Assembly (NCBI GenBank): GCA_031364845.1 | Contig: JANLWX010000085.1 | Coordinates: 1 to 14,923, forward strand | DNA: 14,923 nt | Reading direction: 5' to 3' | Source: Candidatus Eiseniibacteriota bacterium | GTDB lineage: Bacteria; Eisenbacteria; RBG-16-71-46 | Shown here: piece by piece, positions 1-8,308 of the stretch | How positions within the stretch are numbered: position 1 is the stretch's first letter | Layout of the letters: each line of letters starts with the position of its first letter | Program-made: the position numbers and the translations under genes | Notes under the pieces: generated by a model | Seen by the model: the letters and a program-made list of their open reading frames with translations, nothing else | Told to the model about the DNA's origin: nothing | Databases searched by the model: none

Positions 1-2
1 AC

Positions 3-140
3 CTGTTCCGCAAGAATCTTCTGCGCTTCTGCCACACGCAGGAAGAACTCGAGAAGGAAGTGCGCGTCACGGTGCAGCACGAGGTCGGGCACCTGCTCGG
101 GCTGGACGAGGATGATCTGGATCGGTGGGGGTTGGCTTAG
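3..140 (+). CDS. Zincin-like metallopeptidase family protein, C-terminal fragment (5'-partial)
   Basis: Not in the ORF track. Frame +3 reads [45 protein letters not shown], with an HExxH zinc motif (HEVGH) and the GLDEDDL tail typical of minimal zincins. Its TAG stop (138-140) overlaps the copA stop convergently. Confidence 0.85.
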   Translation: MFRKNLLRFCHTQEELEKEVRVTVQHEVGHLLGLDEDDLDRWGLA

Positions 141-2524
141 CGGGCTTTGAAGGTCCGCAACCGCAGCGACGACGTCACCACCGACACACTCGACAGCGCC
201 ATCGCGGCACTCGCGATCATCGGATGCAGGCGCCCGTCCCAGCCCCACAGCGGTCCGATCGCGCCACCGGGGCGCAGCCACAGGTAGAGCACCCCCGCGG
301 CGATCGGAATGCCGAGCGCGTTGTACGCGAACGCCCAGAACAGATTCTGGCGGATCACCTGCATCGTGCGGCGCGCAAGTGCGAGCGCCACCGGAACGCC
401 GGCGAGATCGGAGCGCACGAGCGTCATATGGCTCGCCTCCATCGCGATGTCGGTGCCGCCGCCGATGGCAATACCGAGATCCGCGAGTGCAAGTGCTGGC
501 GCATCGTTGATGCCGTCTCCCACCATCGCGACGCGGTGGCCTTCGGCCTGAAGTGCGGCGATCCGATCGCTCTTGCCGTCCGGCAGGACTTCGGCGATCA
601 CACGCGCAGAGTCGATCCCGACGGTGGCCGCGATCGCGCGCGCGGTGCGCGCGTTGTCGCCGGTGATCATCCACACCGCCGTGCCCGCGCGCGTGAGGCC
701 GGCGACGGTCGCCGCGGCATCGGGCTTGAGCGTGTCGGCGAGCGCGATCCATCCGAGCAACGTGCCATTCTCCGCCACCGCGACCACCGTCTTGCCCGCA
801 GACTCGAGCCGCTCGCGATCGGCGGTGTGCGCGTCCAGAGCCACGCCCTGCTCGGCCTGGAACGCGGCGTTGCCGAGCGTGACGCCGCGGCCCGCGATGA
901 GCGCGACGATCCCGCGGCCCGGAAGTGCCGAGAAGTCCTCGGCGGGCTGGAGCGTCAGCGCACGCGTCCGAGCCGCGCGCACGATGGCGATCGAAATCGG
1001 ATGCTCGCTCTTCTGCCCGGCGCTCGCGGCCGTGGCGAGCACGGCGTTTTCGGCGCCGGCGATCACCGGAACGATGTCGGTCACCTCGGCCTTGCCGCGC
1101 GTGAGTGTGCCGGTCTTGTCGAACACGACCGTGTCGATGTGTTCGGCGGCTTCGAGCGCATCGGCACCGCGCAGCAGCACGCCCAGCTCGGCACCGCGGC
1201 CGGTGCCCGCGATCAGCGCGGTCGGCGTGGCGAGACCGAGCGAACACGGGCAGGCGATGTTCAGCACCGCCACCAGCGCCTGCAGCGCGGGCCCGAGACG
1301 CGGCTCGGGACCGAACATCATCCACACCGCGAACGCCGCAAGCGCCACGCCGATCACGATCGGAACGAACACCGCCGCGATGCGGTCGGCGAGCCGCGCG
1401 ATCGCGGCCTTGGTGCCCTGCGCTTGCTGCACGTGGCGCACGATCTGCATCACCATCGACTCGGCGCCGACGCGCTCGGCGCGCATGCGGAACGCGCCGG
1501 TCTGATTCAACGTCCCCCCGTGCACTCGATCGCCGGGCGCGACATCGACCGGCATCGACTCGCCGGTGAGCAGCGCAGCGTCGATCGACGAGCGCCCCGA
1601 GAGGATCACACCGTCGACCGGCACCTTCTCGCCCGGACGCACTTCGAGCACATCGCCCGCGTGCACCGCATCGAGCGCCACATCCTCGATCGCCTCGCTC
1701 AAGGCGCCGATCGACAGCATCGCAACGCCGCCGGCCGCCGGATTCGCGCGGGCGCGCGCGACCGCAACGCGATGCGCGATCGTGGGGCGCAATTCGAGCA
1801 GCCGCCGCATCGCGCGGGACGTTCCCGCCCGGGCGCGCGACTCGAGCAACCGCCCGAGCAGGATCAACGTGACGATCACGACCGACGTGTCGAAGTACGT
1901 GTGCGGAGCAATCCCCGCGCGCGCGAGCGCATCCGGCGCGACCGTCACCGCAAGCGAGAACAGATACGCGGTGAGCGTGCCCAGTCCGACCAGCAGATTC
2001 ATGTCGGCAATACGCCGGCGGATCGCCAGCCCCACGCCATTCACGAACGTCCACCCGGCCCACCACTGCACCGGCGTCGCGAACAACAGCTGGATCCAGT
2101 TCTGAACCCGCATCGGCACCGCATCGAGCGGCAGCAACATTCCGAACATCCCGAACACGACCACCGGCACCGACAACACCGCCGCCACCCAGAAGCGCCG
2201 CTCCAGGCGCTCCAGCTCCAGCCGGCGTTCCCGGCGCTCCTCGTCGTCCGTCTCCACGCCGGCCACCGCACGCGCGTCATACCCCGCCCCGCGCACCGCC
2301 TCCGCCAGCCGCTCGACTTCGACCGGCCTGGTGACCCGCACCGTCGCACGCTCGGTCGCCAGGTTCACGTTCGCCTCGACAACCCCCTCGACCCCGGCGA
2401 TCGCGCCCTCGACACGCGAAACACACGAAGCGCAATGCATGCCCTTGATCGAGAGCTGAAGCGGCGTCGCAGGATCCGCCATCGCAGAACTCGCATCCTT
2501 CGCGGAGTGCTCGGAGGTCGTCAT
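137..2524 (-). CDS. copA: Copper(I)-translocating P1B-type ATPase
   Basis: N-terminal HMA domain GMHCASC, TGES actuator motif, CPC in the membrane ([12 protein letters not shown]), DKTGT phosphorylation site, [12 protein letters not shown], and the YN (WAFAYN) and MALSS motifs of the P1B-1 Cu+ subgroup. An alternative ATG lies at 2482. Confidence 0.93.
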   Translation of the reverse strand: MTTSEHSAKDASSAMADPATPLQLSIKGMHCASCVSRVEGAIAGVEGVVEANVNLATERATVRVTRPVEVERLAEAVRGAGYDARAVAGVETDDEERRERRLELERLERRFWVAAVLSVPVVVFGMFGMLLPLDAVPMRVQNWIQLLFATPVQWWAGWTFVNGVGLAIRRRIADMNLLVGLGTLTAYLFSLAVTVAPDALARAGIAPHTYFDTSVVIVTLILLGRLLESRARAGTSRAMRRLLELRPTIAHRVAVARARANPAAGGVAMLSIGALSEAIEDVALDAVHAGDVLEVRPGEKVPVDGVILSGRSSIDAALLTGESMPVDVAPGDRVHGGTLNQTGAFRMRAERVGAESMVMQIVRHVQQAQGTKAAIARLADRIAAVFVPIVIGVALAAFAVWMMFGPEPRLGPALQALVAVLNIACPCSLGLATPTALIAGTGRGAELGVLLRGADALEAAEHIDTVVFDKTGTLTRGKAEVTDIVPVIAGAENAVLATAASAGQKSEHPISIAIVRAARTRALTLQPAEDFSALPGRGIVALIAGRGVTLGNAAFQAEQGVALDAHTADRERLESAGKTVVAVAENGTLLGWIALADTLKPDAAATVAGLTRAGTAVWMITGDNARTARAIAATVGIDSARVIAEVLPDGKSDRIAALQAEGHRVAMVGDGINDAPALALADLGIAIGGGTDIAMEASHMTLVRSDLAGVPVALALARRTMQVIRQNLFWAFAYNALGIPIAAGVLYLWLRPGGAIGPLWGWDGRLHPMIASAAMALSSVSVVTSSLRLRTFKAR

Positions 2525-2683
2525 GCAGCCACCTTACTCCGGCAGTCAATGCACCGCCTCACCGGGCGCCTGGCGAGCAACGAGAAGCAAGGCAAAGATC
2601 CATTTAGGTGAAAAGGCGAAAGGCAACGAGCCGCGATCCCGCAGCCATGCGAAGCAAGCGCCCTGCGCCACCGGATGCTGCGC

Positions 2684-2887
2684 GGCGGGAGCGAGCGGCG
2701 ATCGCGCAGCGACGCTCCCGCGACAGAGGCAGCCAGGGATGGCTGCCGACAGAGCCGGGGGAGCGAAGCGCGACAGGAAGTCGCGCGCAGCGGGCGGCGC
2801 GGAGCGGTTGCCGCTCGCGCCGACAGCTCCGCGGGGCGGGGCATCGCGGTCGCCGCTCGCTCCGCCAGCTCCGCGGGGCTGCGCATC
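2684..2887. repeat. REP/BIME-like cluster of hairpins, an inverted repeat and a 42-bp tandem duplication
   Basis: Stems at 2685-2693/2713-2721, 2728-2735/2740-2747 (GGGA loop), 2768-2774/2780-2786 and 2795-2822. Tandem copies 2804-2845 and 2846-2887 match at 37/42. 2688-2705 is the reverse complement of 2846-2863 at 17/18. Confidence 0.7.
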
Positions 2888-5072
2888 AGGAACCGACTCT
2901 CAGCGTTCCGGACGGCGTCGCGGCCACTCCGCCGGCGGTGCTGCCGGCGAGCGGTTCGCCGGTTCCAAGGCCCGGCGACGGTGCCGGAGCGGCGGGCGCA
3001 GAGGTTGTTCCCGTCGCCATGGACTTCCGATAGTGCGGCGCTTCGACGACGTGATGGCGTGCGTTGGGCGGCGTGACTCTCAGTGTACGCTCCGGACGGC
3101 GCGGGTCTCGTGCGACGTATTCGCGCATCCACGCTTCGAGCGAGAGCCAGCGCCAGACTTGGAGTCCGATCGCCTTTCGGCCCGCGAGGTATTCCTCGAG
3201 CTGCGTGCGCATTTCACCGACATTGACCCATTCGTGCAGCGGCCCGGTGAGCAGAAGGCGGCGGCGCACTTCGTTCGCATATCGCCCGCGCAGCCACACA
3301 TCGGCGGGAGTCTCGAAGCCCATCTTGTCCGTACGCTCGATGACGCGTTTCGGGATGCGGTCAGCGAGGGCGCGGCGTTCGATCGCCTTGGTGCGTACGC
3401 CGTCGAGTTTCTGATCGTCGGGCAGCGCGAAGGCGAATTCGACCAGGCGATAGTCGAGGAACGGCAGACGCGTCTCGATCGAGAACGCCATGCTGTTGCG
3501 ATCCTCGTAGCGCAGCAGCGAGGGCAGCAGTCGCTGCAGCGTGTCGAAGGCCAGCTGGCGCGAGAGCGCGGTCGGGAATCCGTTGTCCGCGCTCGGGCGT
3601 GGGGTGCGCTTGAGGTGTGCGGCGCGCAGCACCGGACCCAGCACGCGATCTTTGCCTTGTCCGAACTGCCGGCGCAACGGCGCGATCAAACCTTTCGGCA
3701 GCCATGGCTCGAACGTGAGCGCCAGCGTGGTCGAGAATCCGAGCCGTTCCGACACGGGCCCGAGCATCGAGGCGAACCCGCCGAAGTCGCCGCTCGAAAC
3801 CAGGTCGCGCATGCGGATCGGAAGGTAGCGGTAGTAACCGGCGAGCGTCTCGTCGCCGCCCTGGCCGTCGAGCAGCACCTTGAGTCCGGTTTCGTGGGCG
3901 AGTTCCATCACCTTCCATTGCGAATAGAGTCCGGGGCCCGCGGTCGGTTCGTCCTGCACGTGCGCGAGCTTGTCGAACACCGGCCAGAAGTCGTCGCCCG
4001 TGGGCATCACCACGTGCGAACGCGCTCCGCTCTCCTCACACACGGCGCGCACGTAGGGCCGCTCGTCGTAGGCCGGACCTTCATCGTACGCACACGTGAA
4101 CGCGTGCATCGGTTTGTCGGCGAGCTTGGAGGCGGTGGCGACCACCGCACTCGAATCGAGTCCGCCCGACAGGCACGAGCCGACTTCGACGTCCGCGCGC
4201 AGCCGCAGGCGCACCGAGTCGGTGAACAACGCGGCGAACTCTGCCGCCAATTCGTCGGGAGTGCCGTGCACACGCCGCGTCGGATCGAGGCTCCACCAGC
4301 GCCGCAGATGCACGGCATCGCGCGTCTTGTGGAAGTAGTGGCCGGCCGGCAGCTGCCACACGCCTTCGAAGAACGTGTGGGCGGCGTGGTCGACCCAGTC
4401 GAGCGCCAGCAGGTCGTGGACCGCTTCGAGCCGCGGGCGGATCGAGGCGTCCTGCGTGAGCACCAGCGCCTTGGGTTCCGAGGCAAACGCGAAATTGCGG
4501 CCGTCCCACTGGTAGTAGAGCGGGTTCACGCCGAAACGGTCACGCGCGCAGAACAGTTCCTGCTTGCGGCCATCCCAGATCACGAACGCGAACATGCCGT
4601 TGAAGTGCTGGAGACAGTCGGGCCCCCATTCCTTCCACGCCTCGAGCACGACTTCCGTATCGGTGGTGCTCTGGAACGAGTGGCCGAGCTTCTCGAGCTG
4701 CTGGCGCAGCTCGACGTAGTTGTAGACCTCGCCGTTGTACGTGATCCACACGTCGCAGGCCGGATCGGACATCGGGCCGTGACCGGAGGGCGACAGGTCG
4801 AGGATCGCCAGCCGCCGGTTCACGAGACCGATCGAGAACCGCGCATTCGCCGCCTGGCCCTTTCCGCGGCCCGGCGCGTAAGGCAATCCACTCGCGAGCA
4901 CCGCCTCGGGAGTGTCGGGGCCGGCGAGCGTCAGTGCGCAGCCGCTCGCGGGATCGAGCAGCACAGTGCCCTCGTCATCGGGACCGCGGTGACGGAGCAA
5001 CTCCGACATCCGTCGCAACCGCCCGAGATCGACCCGGGCCTCCTGCATGACGAGCCCTGCGATTCCACACAT
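2886..5072 (-). CDS. asnB: Asparagine synthase (glutamine-hydrolysing) family amidotransferase, polysaccharide-locus type
   Basis: Start reassigned to MCGIAG at 5072 (Ntn catalytic Cys; GGAGG upstream). Motifs HRGPD, RRLAILDL, YNGEVYN, TDTEV, CLSGGLDSS, LDGQGGDE, EDRNSMAFSIETRLPFLD, KMGF. Confidence 0.92.
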   Translation of the reverse strand: MCGIAGLVMQEARVDLGRLRRMSELLRHRGPDDEGTVLLDPASGCALTLAGPDTPEAVLASGLPYAPGRGKGQAANARFSIGLVNRRLAILDLSPSGHGPMSDPACDVWITYNGEVYNYVELRQQLEKLGHSFQSTTDTEVVLEAWKEWGPDCLQHFNGMFAFVIWDGRKQELFCARDRFGVNPLYYQWDGRNFAFASEPKALVLTQDASIRPRLEAVHDLLALDWVDHAAHTFFEGVWQLPAGHYFHKTRDAVHLRRWWSLDPTRRVHGTPDELAAEFAALFTDSVRLRLRADVEVGSCLSGGLDSSAVVATASKLADKPMHAFTCAYDEGPAYDERPYVRAVCEESGARSHVVMPTGDDFWPVFDKLAHVQDEPTAGPGLYSQWKVMELAHETGLKVLLDGQGGDETLAGYYRYLPIRMRDLVSSGDFGGFASMLGPVSERLGFSTTLALTFEPWLPKGLIAPLRRQFGQGKDRVLGPVLRAAHLKRTPRPSADNGFPTALSRQLAFDTLQRLLPSLLRYEDRNSMAFSIETRLPFLDYRLVEFAFALPDDQKLDGVRTKAIERRALADRIPKRVIERTDKMGFETPADVWLRGRYANEVRRRLLLTGPLHEWVNVGEMRTQLEEYLAGRKAIGLQVWRWLSLEAWMREYVARDPRRPERTLRVTPPNARHHVVEAPHYRKSMATGTTSAPAAPAPSPGLGTGEPLAGSTAGGVAATPSGTLRVGS

Positions 5073-5076
5073 GCGT

Positions 5077-6543
5077 TCAGCCTCCCGTTTCGCGATCGCG
5101 CGCATCCGCCACCGGAGACCACCCCGGCGCGATCGCGCCCCCGGTCCTCAACACATCGAGCATCAGCACGGCGGCGACGAATGCGCCGACTGCCACGAAC
5201 TTGAGTCCCACTCCCGCCGCTCCGCCCGGTGCCAGGCGCTGGACCAGCAGCGCGATCCCGATCGCCAGCGCGAACAGGACCACCGCGCGCCCGCCGCGAA
5301 ACGGCAGCGGATACACCGCCTGGGCGATGCGGTAGGTGACGAATGCCGTCACCGCATAGCCGAGAAACGTCGCCCCACCCGCGCCCGGACCGCCGAATCG
5401 CGGCGTGAGGACCAGATGCGCGCACACGGCAACGCCGAGTCCGATGCCGGAGCAGATGCCGATGAGCGGTGTTTTGAGCGCGAGTCCGATGCCGAGCGAC
5501 GTGACAGTGTAGGCGCCGAGCGCCACCGCCGCAAAGGCCAGCCACAGCACCGATTCCGATGCCGGAGCATAGGACGGCGGCACCAGCACGGCGAGCGCAT
5601 CGGAGGCGAACAGACTCACGAGCAGCGCGCCGAGCGACCCGATCGCCATGTACGCCGAGAACACGCGCGCGAACAGCCGCGGAGCCTCGGCCGTCTGGGC
5701 GCGCGCGAATGCGAACGGACCGTAGGCCATCTGGAACGCCGAGGCGGCGATCGTGACGATAGCGAAGAACTTGAGCGCGACCGCATACACCGCGACCTCT
5801 TCCAGCGTGCGCGTGCGCTGCATGAAGAAGCGGTCGAGGCCGGCGATGAGGCCGAACGCCGCCGCCCCCGGAATCGCGGGCACGCCGTAGGCCAGCATGC
5901 GACGCAGCGCGGCGCGCTTGAAGCGCGGCGCGATCGTGTGGCGGATGAGCACCATCGCGACCGCCGCCGAGACGGCGTCGCCGATCAGCCGCCCATAGAG
6001 CACGCCCACCACGCCCGCGTGCTGAACCAGCACGAACCACAGCGCGATCGCGGTCGTGAGCACGGTCTGAAGGATGTTGAGGCTGATGAATTTCCACGGC
6101 TGGAACGTGACGCGCAGCACGTCGTTGCCGAACATGACGAGCAGCGTGAACGGCAGCGTTGCCGCTCCGATCACCAGATACTTCCGGTAGCCGTCGCCGC
6201 TCATGAGATGCGACGCGAGCGGGCCCGCGAACAGCGCGATCAGTGCTGCCACCGAGATGCTGGTGATGAGGCGGAACACGAGCGACGACGACACCATGCG
6301 GATCCGTGACTCGGTGTCGGGCTCCTGATAGAAGAACCGCGCGAGGGCACCGTCCATGCCCATCACCAGCATCAGCAGCGCGGTCTGCGAGTAGCCGACG
6401 ACCAGCTCCGAGATTCCGAACGCCTCCGGCGTCAGCGCGCGCGTGAGCACCGGCACCAGCATGAGCTGAACCGCGCGGCCGCCGACCTGGCCGAGGCCAT
6501 AGACCAGCGACTCCGCGCCGAGGCGCTTCAGCTGCTCACGCAC
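5077..6543 (-). CDS. Oligosaccharide flippase (Wzx-like, MOP superfamily)
   Basis: 488 aa with about 12-14 hydrophobic segments. N-terminus LGAESLVYGLG...LVPVLTRALTPEAFG, plus GMDGALARFFY and LDRFFM...VAVYAVA, typical of polysaccharide biosynthesis transporters. GTG start overlaps the upstream stop. Confidence 0.85.
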   Translation of the reverse strand: MREQLKRLGAESLVYGLGQVGGRAVQLMLVPVLTRALTPEAFGISELVVGYSQTALLMLVMGMDGALARFFYQEPDTESRIRMVSSSLVFRLITSISVAALIALFAGPLASHLMSGDGYRKYLVIGAATLPFTLLVMFGNDVLRVTFQPWKFISLNILQTVLTTAIALWFVLVQHAGVVGVLYGRLIGDAVSAAVAMVLIRHTIAPRFKRAALRRMLAYGVPAIPGAAAFGLIAGLDRFFMQRTRTLEEVAVYAVALKFFAIVTIAASAFQMAYGPFAFARAQTAEAPRLFARVFSAYMAIGSLGALLVSLFASDALAVLVPPSYAPASESVLWLAFAAVALGAYTVTSLGIGLALKTPLIGICSGIGLGVAVCAHLVLTPRFGGPGAGGATFLGYAVTAFVTYRIAQAVYPLPFRGGRAVVLFALAIGIALLVQRLAPGGAAGVGLKFVAVGAFVAAVLMLDVLRTGGAIAPGWSPVADARDRETGG

Positions 6544-7393
6544 CGGCGGTGCCGGCCGGGCGCGGCCCTCCGAGCGGGTTCGGCTTGCCGCACCACGGGC
6601 AGATCCACGTGTCCGGCCACGGCGATGCGGGCGCGATCACGGTGTGCTCGCCGCACTCACGACATACGTGCGTCACGTGCCGCAACCCGGTCGCGCGGAC
6701 CTTGCGCCAGTTCATCACGTAATTCGCGTCGCGGCCGAGGTCGATGCCGAGCGTGCGGTGCAGCCACGCGACGAATCCCGTGAACGGGCGCTGCAGCGGC
6801 TTCGTGCGCGCGTCGTTCATCCACGAGAATCCGGCGGGCACGCGCGCCCACGCGACCAGCTCGAAGCCGCGCGCGTAGAAGTGGTCCATGAGCGACTGCA
6901 GATCGAAACGCTGCTGGTGTTCGATGCGTTTGCCGAACTTCCCGAGCGCGTACTTGGCGAAGTATCCGGCGAAGCGATAGAGCCGGTCGTCGAACGCGGC
7001 CGCGCGCGGCACCGACAGATAGAGCGTGCCGCCCTCGCGCGTCACGCGCGCGAGTTCGTCGCAGCACGCGGCGAGCTCGGTCACGTGCTCGAGCACGTAG
7101 TGGCACACGGTGAGATCGAACGATCCGGATCGGAGCGGGAGCCGCGCGAGGTCGCCGCGAAACACGCGCGCCCTGAACTCGCGCGCGGGCGGTCCGGGCG
7201 GGAACTTCACGTCGAACCCGGTCAGCACGAGATCGGAACTCCGCGCGTAGTCCCACGAGCCCGGACCGCACCCGGCATCGAGCACCTGGGCACCCGGGGC
7301 GGCGGCATCGAGGACTTCGTAGAGGAACAGCGGCGCTTCGCCGGGCGCGCGCGCCGGACGTGCCGGGCGCAGCGGAGCGTGAGCGCCGCTCAT
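6536..7393 (-). CDS. Class I SAM-dependent methyltransferase with C-terminal CxxC-x17-CxxC ribbon
   Basis: Motif I VLDAGCGPG, then GDLARLPLRSGSFDLTVCHYVLEHV and RVTREGG. Tail CREC...CPWC. ATGA overlap with the upstream GT2. Confidence 0.85.
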   Translation of the reverse strand: MSGAHAPLRPARPARAPGEAPLFLYEVLDAAAPGAQVLDAGCGPGSWDYARSSDLVLTGFDVKFPPGPPAREFRARVFRGDLARLPLRSGSFDLTVCHYVLEHVTELAACCDELARVTREGGTLYLSVPRAAAFDDRLYRFAGYFAKYALGKFGKRIEHQQRFDLQSLMDHFYARGFELVAWARVPAGFSWMNDARTKPLQRPFTGFVAWLHRTLGIDLGRDANYVMNWRKVRATGLRHVTHVCRECGEHTVIAPASPWPDTWICPWCGKPNPLGGPRPAGTAGA

Positions 7394-8298
7394 CGCGACA
7401 CTCCTGCGGGATCAACGCCGCGCGCGGAATCGAGGAACGCGCGCGGCACGGCGAGCGCGGCCGCCATCTGACCGCCGATCATGAGCCACACCGCGAGCAC
7501 CAGCTGCTGTGCCGCGAACGCGGGCAGCCATGTGAGCCGTGCGGGCCCGCGCGCGTGGCGCGCGAACATCGTGAGGTTCGCGCGCAGGCGCTGGTAGATC
7601 TTCCACGGGCTGCGCGCGCCCGAACTCGCCGACACCTTGTGCCACAGCCGCGCGGTCGGCACGAACAGCAACCGGAAGCCGGCCCCGCGCGCGCGCAGGC
7701 ACCAGTCGCAGTCCTCGGCGTAGATGAAGTAGCGCTCGTCCAGCAGTCCGGTCCGCTCCCACACCCGGCGCCATGCGAGCAGCGCGCAGCCGGTGAGGTA
7801 TCCGGTCTCCTCGGCCGACCGATAGCGGCCGTCGTCGAGCGCGCGCAATCCGCGGTGGGACGCGTGCCCGAGGGCCGGAATGCAGCGTCCGCCCGCATAC
7901 CAGATCCGCTGACTCGGCGCGCCGAAATAAATGAGCGGCGCCACGGCTCCGAAGCCGGGCTCCTGTTCGAGTGCCAGGATCAGGTGCTCGAGCATGCCGG
8001 GGTCGGCTTCGGTGTCGTTGTTGAGCAGCATGATCGCATCGTCCCCGCGCGCGATCGCGCGGCGCAAGCCTTCGTTGTTCCCGCCGGCGAAGCGGCGGTT
8101 CTCGGCGAGCGCCACGAACTCGGCCTCGGGGAATTCGCGCGGGATCGCTACGGCCGAGCCGTCGGTCGAACCGTTGTCGACCACCATCACGCGCAGCTGC
8201 CAGCCCTGGGGCATGCGCGACCGCGCGAGCGTCGGCAGCAACGCGCTCGTGTCCGCGAGTCCGTTCCAGTTGAGCACGATCACCGTGACCGACTTCAT
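7390..8298 (-). CDS. Glycosyltransferase family 2 (WbbL/rhamnosyltransferase-like subgroup)
   Basis: Start reassigned to MKSVTVIVLNWNG at 8298. Motifs VVDNGSTD, ENRRFAGGNN, LLNNDT, TGCALL, LDERYFIYAEDCDWC, LWHKVSAS. Confidence 0.9.
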   Translation of the reverse strand: MKSVTVIVLNWNGLADTSALLPTLARSRMPQGWQLRVMVVDNGSTDGSAVAIPREFPEAEFVALAENRRFAGGNNEGLRRAIARGDDAIMLLNNDTEADPGMLEHLILALEQEPGFGAVAPLIYFGAPSQRIWYAGGRCIPALGHASHRGLRALDDGRYRSAEETGYLTGCALLAWRRVWERTGLLDERYFIYAEDCDWCLRARGAGFRLLFVPTARLWHKVSASSGARSPWKIYQRLRANLTMFARHARGPARLTWLPAFAAQQLVLAVWLMIGGQMAAALAVPRAFLDSARGVDPAGVSR

Positions 8299-8308
8299 GG
8301 CGCCGGGC

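Noticed and set aside
2531..2549. TTGACT and TAAGGT hexamers upstream of copA on the minus strand
   Set aside because: They are only 7 nt apart, so they are not a sigma70 -35/-10 pair. I saw no convincing CueR or CsoR operator dyad.
125..2611. 828-aa plus-strand ORF
   Set aside because: Antisense shadow of copA, Arg/His-rich and without motifs. This is expected from high-GC codon bias.
2804..2887. Possible CRISPR array
   Set aside because: Only two adjacent degenerate units, no spacers and no cas genes.
2886..5072. AsnB as a lasso-peptide cyclase (RiPP cluster)
   Set aside because: It has an intact Ntn glutaminase domain with N-terminal Cys, there is no B protein/RRE or precursor peptide, and the context is sugar biosynthesis.
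2523..5204. 893-aa plus-strand ORF, and the similar long plus-strand ORFs opposite each gene up to 14309
   Set aside because: Antisense shadows of well-supported minus-strand genes, with no recognisable domains.
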